Positions 62,201 to 64,000 of a DNA stretch of 64,000 bases are shown here, piece by piece (positions within the stretch are counted from its first letter, which is position 1; every line of letters starts with the position of its first letter). Both the position numbers and the translations under genes were made by a program. Source of the DNA: an uncultured Eubacteriales bacterium (GTDB lineage: Bacteria > Bacillota > Clostridia > Christensenellales > UMGS416). The stretch spans positions 6,179 to 70,178 of the forward strand of contig UQLW01000010.1 of assembly GCA_900542005.1 (NCBI GenBank), in the 5' to 3' direction. The notes under the pieces are model-generated. The model searched no databases. It saw only the letters and a program-made list of their open reading frames with translations, and was not told the origin of the DNA.

Positions 62201-64000
62201 TGTTTCTATAAAATATGTAGACATCCAAGGAAAAGAAGTGCAGACAGCTCTTAAGTTTTCAGATTTTGCTGAACAGACAGTAAACAAGGACGCACTGACA
62301 GAAACCTTAAACCAGGCCAATGAAAAGCTGAAGGAAGCTGCTGAAAATCCGGATAAATATCAGGCAGATGCGGTGGCAGAACTTCAGAAAGCAGTGGCAA
62401 TGGCAGCACAGACAGCCCAAGACCCCTTCGCTCTGCAGACAGAGGCGGATGATCAGACGGAAAAAGTGAATACGGCTATCAGCGCATTGATAAAAGACGT
62501 AAATCTGGATGCTTTGAAAGAAGCTGTCACCTCCGCAGAGGCGGTATTGGCAGATGCCGAAAAATACACACCTGCCTCTCTAGAGAAGCTGAGAGGAGAA
62601 ATCCAGAATGCAAAAGCCCTTCTTGAGGATCCCAATACATCTGGGCAGGATGTGGAAGCGCAGCTCATGAAACTGCAGGCAGCAGTAGAGGGCCTTATTG
62701 TCAGGGCTGACAAGACAGCACTTCAGGCGGCATATGACACAGCAGCAGCGATAACGAATAACGATTATCCGGGTTGGGATAACCTGCAGACAGCCCTGGT
62801 GAATGCAAAAACGGTCTTAGACGATGAAAACGCATCCCAGGCACAGGCAGATGAACAAACCGCATCTCTGGAGGCTGCTGTAGAAAATTTATATGGCGCT
62901 GTTGACAAAAGCCAGTTAAAGGACCTGGTAGAACAGGCAGAAAAACTGGATACCAGCCCATATGCAGATAAGACGGTTGAATTTTTTAAAGCATCTATCC
63001 AGTCTGCGAAGGCAGTATACAATGATACAGGAGCCACCCAGACTGAGGTGGACAAGCATCTGCAGCTCCTGAAAGATGCGTCGGCTTCCATGGTCCAGAA
63101 GGAAGAAGAAAATGTGGTATATGACGGAACTTATACTATAGACGGAAGAATCTGGCATGCAGCAGCAAACCAGGCATCCATGGGGAACGCAGCTCTCAGA
63201 AAGCCAATGCAGGTGATCGTGAAGGACGGCAAAGCCACCTTGAGAATGGAATTTGGCCCGTTGACCACATCCGGATTTACCGGGTACCTGGCAAAACTGA
63301 ACTATTTCCCGGGATGGGAAGGCGGAGAAAGCGGCTATCAGATGCCAACCGATGAAACACCGATTTCGCTGGATGTGGAAGAGTATTTTGAAGGCGTATA
63401 TGACACATACAATGATCCGGACAATGGAACCGATGAGAATGTGAAAGGGCAGTTGTACCCCCACTATATGACCATGCCGGTGGACCTGGGGGATGGGGAA
63501 GTATGGGTACAGGTGTATGTACCTGTAATGGAAGCCATCAACACAGGCAGCGGTCTTCAGTACGCGAAGCTTCAGATTGACTGGAGTACGCTGAGCCAGA
63601 CCGGAGGGACACAGACAGATAAGACAAAGCTGGATACAGCCATCAAATCCCTGGAGACCTTGAAGGCGGAGCTTTACGCGGCAGCAGAGAAAATGAAACA
63701 GGCAGAGACAGAGAACACAGACCAGGCGGATGCACAGAAAACTGTCCTGTCAGCCGCAGACTTTACACAGGAAAAACTGAATCTTCTTGATAAGGCGATC
63801 GAAGCCGGAAAATTTGTACAGGATAATGTGAATGTGGGCCAGGAAGCTGTGGATGCTATGACAAAAGCCCTGAATACAACAAAAACACTGTTTAATCAGG
63901 AGGAGGTTAAGACAGACAAGTCCGAACTGAAGAAAGCGATTGAAGTGGCAGATACCTATTTAAATGCAGAAGACGTAACTTATACTGCCACAACAAAGGC
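59256..64000 (+). CDS. Giant secreted surface protein with FIVAR-like helical repeats and at least two NEAT-like domains (3' end beyond the window)
   Basis: The ATG at 59256 follows a GGAGGT RBS. I read the frame codon by codon to position 64000 and met no stop. The signal peptide is MKSKIYKIVCAIMMVCLLMSNLTNASYA. NEAT-like segments begin DGTYTIPLSIMHLTNEGANSMANQ and DGTYTIDGRIWHAAANQASMGNA. The ORF is absent from the supplied track because it has no stop within the window. Confidence 0.8.
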   Translation, partial: MRDGMKSKIYKIVCAIMMVCLLMSNLTNASYAASNNTPNTKQTAQKSSSTLLDKLLSLLEEADSLKESDYTPESWEAFKDQRDTITEPEEIPEQFLDTVINTLQEAMDGLVKQESKLDKLLALLEEADRLKESDYTPESWEAFKDQRDTITEPEEIPEQFLDTVINALQEAMDRLVKNETTLEKLIALLAKADSLEESEYTRESWNAFLEVRNSITEPEEIPEQYQKMLLNSLQKAMDSLVKKEDDAKNHTQLEDGYYTVPLTENEPGRSMRSARALIKAENSNYEVTLQLAKATVDEGAFLGIMKQEYYNYDLSDYCLTGTKGWADDFDLQNSQFSQEIKDGAVEENNKYWFDYTREDKDEWVYLTFQVENLDDPFNITQLLKLGDGKRVSRSDTALNVQTSVKINLDEFQDITEIGFRAVYAASGADCQKYFLDTTAEWNIDGDTATGVFSLNLDLLDEDQAVIRDADGNDIDISTGKLELVYELNDYNDFVFGKSIVIYRKFAGGGIGFYDTCIIPELNGASTVQLKDDKTGTLLVTDSFVLPDSSQLLAEEIVDDPNDNVDAYSQIMNNISYSDMYMYNWKIQFQDGRETRRTTSTVQLKFKIPDSWNLDNVKLVNVDENMIISLDLKGTIEKTDSGNYFVIKTQELGYYALYEVKGSQDAGEMEDGTYTIPLSIMHLTNEGANSMANQCVDNNARLVVKGDEKILYLDYTTVTYLDMTSYMTKMWLYGEDMTMVGAYPTGTLIPVTFYSYYKNLDGSFFMDFANEGTLNYYPKSGYVKLVSDTAKWPARFKVPIMDEIGGGDFPQDAWLTLDWENAEKISNDTPDEPVKEALGQAITIAETAVREEYTQETWEALETAYAAAEEAYQTETAESMERAYTALMEAVNNLKSPDDVILNQGLYTALGSITDTDIVTDTRILVKEEGADISLGVQGIQSFQYYDLAEKQYVDAEMEKTTGDDGKETVTGAVFTLGTMSNSVSIKYVDIQGKEVQTALKFSDFAEQTVNKDALTETLNQANEKLKEAAENPDKYQADAVAELQKAVAMAAQTAQDPFALQTEADDQTEKVNTAISALIKDVNLDALKEAVTSAEAVLADAEKYTPASLEKLRGEIQNAKALLEDPNTSGQDVEAQLMKLQAAVEGLIVRADKTALQAAYDTAAAITNNDYPGWDNLQTALVNAKTVLDDENASQAQADEQTASLEAAVENLYGAVDKSQLKDLVEQAEKLDTSPYADKTVEFFKASIQSAKAVYNDTGATQTEVDKHLQLLKDASASMVQKEEENVVYDGTYTIDGRIWHAAANQASMGNAALRKPMQVIVKDGKATLRMEFGPLTTSGFTGYLAKLNYFPGWEGGESGYQMPTDETPISLDVEEYFEGVYDTYNDPDNGTDENVKGQLYPHYMTMPVDLGDGEVWVQVYVPVMEAINTGSGLQYAKLQIDWSTLSQTGGTQTDKTKLDTAIKSLETLKAELYAAAEKMKQAETENTDQADAQKTVLSAADFTQEKLNLLDKAIEAGKFVQDNVNVGQEAVDAMTKALNTTKTLFNQEEVKTDKSELKKAIEVADTYLNAEDVTYTATTK
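59415..59999 (+). repeat. Three tandem 195-bp (65-aa) coding repeats
   Basis: The landmark ttactggaagaggcggacag occurs at 59427 and 59622, a period of 195 bp. Copies 1 and 2 are nearly identical at the nucleotide level. Copy 3, from about 59817, is diverged. Confidence 0.85.

Noticed and set aside
59302-63464. These are about 15 short minus-strand ORFs (60-182 aa) listed across 59.3-63.5 kb.
   Set aside because: All are antisense to a single uninterrupted plus-strand frame with a signal peptide and recognisable repeats and domains.
1-64000. I searched the whole window for CRISPR arrays, tRNA or rRNA genes, integrases, intact transposases, toxin-antitoxin pairs and reverse transcriptases.
   Set aside because: I saw no regularly spaced direct repeats with unique spacers, no cloverleaf-like or rRNA-like segments, and no recombinase motifs. 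The only mobility-related sequence is the truncated Rpn-family remnant.

Overview
This 64-kb window looks like a high-GC chromosome, roughly 60-65% G+C judged by eye. It is probably from a spore-forming Clostridia-type Firmicute; that call is an inference from gene content and order only. The backbone carries housekeeping genes (tadA, bcp-yaaA, dcd, ppiB, phoH, and a pgpH-ybeY-era block). It also carries many glycan-utilisation genes: a GH36 alpha-galactosidase, two DUF4838-like paralogues, a GHL6/GH42-like hydrolase, a sugar-binding lipoprotein, a BadF-type sugar kinase and an esterase. Three visibly AT-richer patches interrupt this backbone. (1) 1-1250 holds an overlapping J-domain + HIRAN gene pair at the window edge. 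(2) About 29.5-43.1 kb is a 12-gene plus-strand surface-glycan island. It encodes all five enzymes for UDP-2,3-diacetamido-2,3-dideoxy-mannuronate plus GT4 transferases, Wzy-, PCP- and MurJ-like proteins and a C5-epimerase-like protein. It sits between phoH and pgpH, which are normally adjacent. (3) About 54.6 kb to the window end holds a phosphotriesterase homologue, a 5'-truncated Rpn-family nuclease remnant, two tandem DtxR-like regulators with uncharacterised C-terminal domains, three copies of a G(T/A)TAG-N6-CTAAC palindrome, a small secreted NEAT-like protein, and a surface protein of more than 1581 aa with FIVAR-like repeats and NEAT-like domains. That last ORF runs off the window and is absent from the supplied ORF track. 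Other notable items are an ECF sigma factor translationally coupled to a membrane-anchored serpin in the anti-sigma position, and a leaderless Cys/Pro-rich protein with ten 21-bp tandem repeats (PPSPPPC heptads) behind a sigma-K-like promoter. There is also a 353-bp 100%-identical tract shared by the two DUF4838 paralogues, a tandem YbjN-like duplication, and a YbeY with a degenerate cytidine-deaminase-like tail. I saw no rRNA, tRNA, CRISPR array, integrase or intact transposase. Many long ORFs in the track are antisense shadows typical of high-GC DNA and were rejected. All homology calls come from recognising motifs in the translations, not from database searches.
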